From an uncultured bacterium (lineage in GTDB: Bacteria > Verrucomicrobiota > Kiritimatiellia > RFP12 > UBA1067): 59,735 nt of DNA. The notes under the pieces were generated by a model, which worked only from the letters and a program-made list of their open reading frames with translations, was not told where the DNA came from and did no database searches. A program made the translations under genes and the position numbers. The stretch covers positions 1 to 59,735 of the forward strand of contig CACWJS010000003.1 in the NCBI GenBank assembly GCA_902761275.1, read 5' to 3'. This document shows positions 58,270 through 59,735 of the stretch, piece by piece (the first letter of the stretch is position 1; each line of letters starts with the position of its first letter).

Positions 58270-59304
58270 ATGAAAAAGCCGCTGCCAGTCAAGATCGTCG
58301 AGGTACTCGGTTGGATGTATGTCGCGCTGTCGGTCGTGTGGATCATCGTGCAGATCGTAGCGCAGGTTTTCGGGATAGACCAAGAGGGCGAGATCTGGCC
58401 ATTGGTTTTGTGCGGCTCTTTCCCGCTTCTGCTGTCGCTTGGAATGGCTTTGTCGCTGCGGCGCGGACGGCGCGGATGGTTCCTTGTCCCGCACACGGTT
58501 ATCTTGTCGCTCTTTCTGCTGTGTGCGATTGCGTCGCTATGCGCTTCTGTGTCGCTTGGGGGTGCTGTTGTTACGGGACTGGTCGTGCTTCTGCTGGTCG
58601 CCCCCATTGTCCTGCTTTGGTGCCCCTCTGCGTCCCGATGGTTCAATGAGATGTCTGGCGACGATTCGCCGCGTCCTGCTGGCTGTGCGCTTTTCATGCT
58701 TTTAGTCATTCTTGGCGGCATAGGTGGTTGCATCTTCTCGGATTATCAAGCCCGCAATGTCATGCGAATCTCTCGGTTGAACGTCATGTCCTTTCGCGCA
58801 AGAGAGTTGTCGGGGATGATGGCCGAGAATGAAGAAGCCAAGAAGGCAGGAGCCGAATGGATCGATCCGGCGGTCTGCACGAATTCGACGCAGTTCATCC
58901 GTGCGCTCGTGGAGAAGTCCGGTAATGACATCGGCTGTGAGGACTTCTGGTGCGTGGCGGTCAATCCGCCGGATGACGACATATTTCCAGTTCTCGTCAC
59001 GGCGAACATTGACCCTCGCGAACTGCTGAATCCATCGGACGCTGACGCGCGGCTGACGCTGGTTTGCCCGAAGAAGGTGTGGGGCGGTGTCTGTCGCGAC
59101 TTCTGCGAGAAGGGCGCGGTGGTTGTCTACAAGAACGGTGTCTCCCAGACCCTGAAGCGTAAGTGGGCGCGTCCGTGGCTGATGTTCCGAAGTGCCGATT
59201 CGTCACGTGACGACATCCCCATCCCTCGCCCCGACACCTATTACCTGACGCCGACGGGACGGGTGGAGGTCTTGTCAAATCAGCCGACACTTCCATTGCC
59301 TTAA
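58270..59304 (+). CDS. hypothetical membrane protein (~5 TM + soluble domain)
   Basis: Hydrophobic N-terminal half; TGGTAAACT upstream. Confidence 0.7.
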   Translation: MKKPLPVKIVEVLGWMYVALSVVWIIVQIVAQVFGIDQEGEIWPLVLCGSFPLLLSLGMALSLRRGRRGWFLVPHTVILSLFLLCAIASLCASVSLGGAVVTGLVVLLLVAPIVLLWCPSASRWFNEMSGDDSPRPAGCALFMLLVILGGIGGCIFSDYQARNVMRISRLNVMSFRARELSGMMAENEEAKKAGAEWIDPAVCTNSTQFIRALVEKSGNDIGCEDFWCVAVNPPDDDIFPVLVTANIDPRELLNPSDADARLTLVCPKKVWGGVCRDFCEKGAVVVYKNGVSQTLKRKWARPWLMFRSADSSRDDIPIPRPDTYYLTPTGRVEVLSNQPTLPLP

Positions 59305-59316
59305 TGCGAAATGGCT

Positions 59317-59347
59317 ACAATCCGCGGCGAATCCGCCGCGGATTTGT
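59317..59347. terminator. hairpin between convergent genes
   Basis: AATCCGCGGCG-N4-CGCCGCGGATT. Confidence 0.65.
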
Positions 59348-59370
59348 CATAAGGCGTGACTCCTTTTCCG

Positions 59371-59735
59371 CTACTGGTTGATCGTCACGTTCGAATTGAC
59401 GATGGTGATCGACTTCTGCTCAACGGTAGCTGGCGCGGACTGTGCGACGGCTACAGTGGAGAGCGTGCCGAAGTTCGACCAGCAGCTGATTGGGCTTTTG
59501 TGCGCGCGCTCGCGCTCAAGCTCGAACTTGATTGCCTCCGCGCGCGCCGCGCTTATCTTTGCGTGGAGGTTGTTGACTGGCTTCGGCGCTTCGCGGCGGA
59601 TTTCGCCGATGTTCTTCTTGTAGGTGTCGTGGAACGAGTCGTTCGGGGACGAGAATGCGCTTCTGCGCGGACCCGAATGCTGCATACGCGGGAGGTGGGT
59701 CCCGCTTTGCTGGACATGGTGCCCACGTCCGCCGG
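59371..59735 (-). CDS. hypothetical protein, 3' part (frame open to window end)
   Basis: Frame continues upstream of ATG 59685 (GGRGHHVQQSGTHLPR) with no stop. Confidence 0.55.
   Translation of the reverse strand, partial: GGRGHHVQQSGTHLPRMQHSGPRRSAFSSPNDSFHDTYKKNIGEIRREAPKPVNNLHAKISAARAEAIKFELERERAHKSPISCWSNFGTLSTVAVAQSAPATVEQKSITIVNSNVTINQ

Overview
GC-rich bacterial chromosomal window from a diderm. The protein types suggest the PVC group, possibly Kiritimatiellota/Lentisphaerota (inference only). It has four parts. (1) The 5' end of a V-type ATPase operon and a GH95 gene. (2) An accessory/defence patch at ~3.9-13.1 kb: EcoRI-family MTase + DUF262-HNH nuclease, AbiE toxin-antitoxin, gene remnants and a possible toxin/immunity trio. 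(3) Housekeeping runs: recD2, tlyA, hisHF, guaA, AmmeMemoRadiSam, thiN, maf, queC, rnhB, folP, gpmI, rbfA-truB-ribF. (4) A XylR-associated sugar-utilisation locus. No rRNA, tRNA, CRISPR array, transposase, integrase or reverse transcriptase was recognised. Two things stand out. First, there is a pervasive set of 7-10 bp tandem-repeat arms, often arranged as inverted pairs. They bracket small cargo genes (a four-helix-bundle gene, a GxxExxY remnant, an MTase), sit on the stop codons of successive genes in one operon, and are translated in frame inside RecD2, FolP, an MFS porter, a GH20 and a secreted protein. Second, a GspG-type pseudopilin domain is fused to a GH2 glycosidase scaffold lacking its catalytic core, next to tadC/FHA/PEGA genes. 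All calls are from reading the sequence; no database searches were run.
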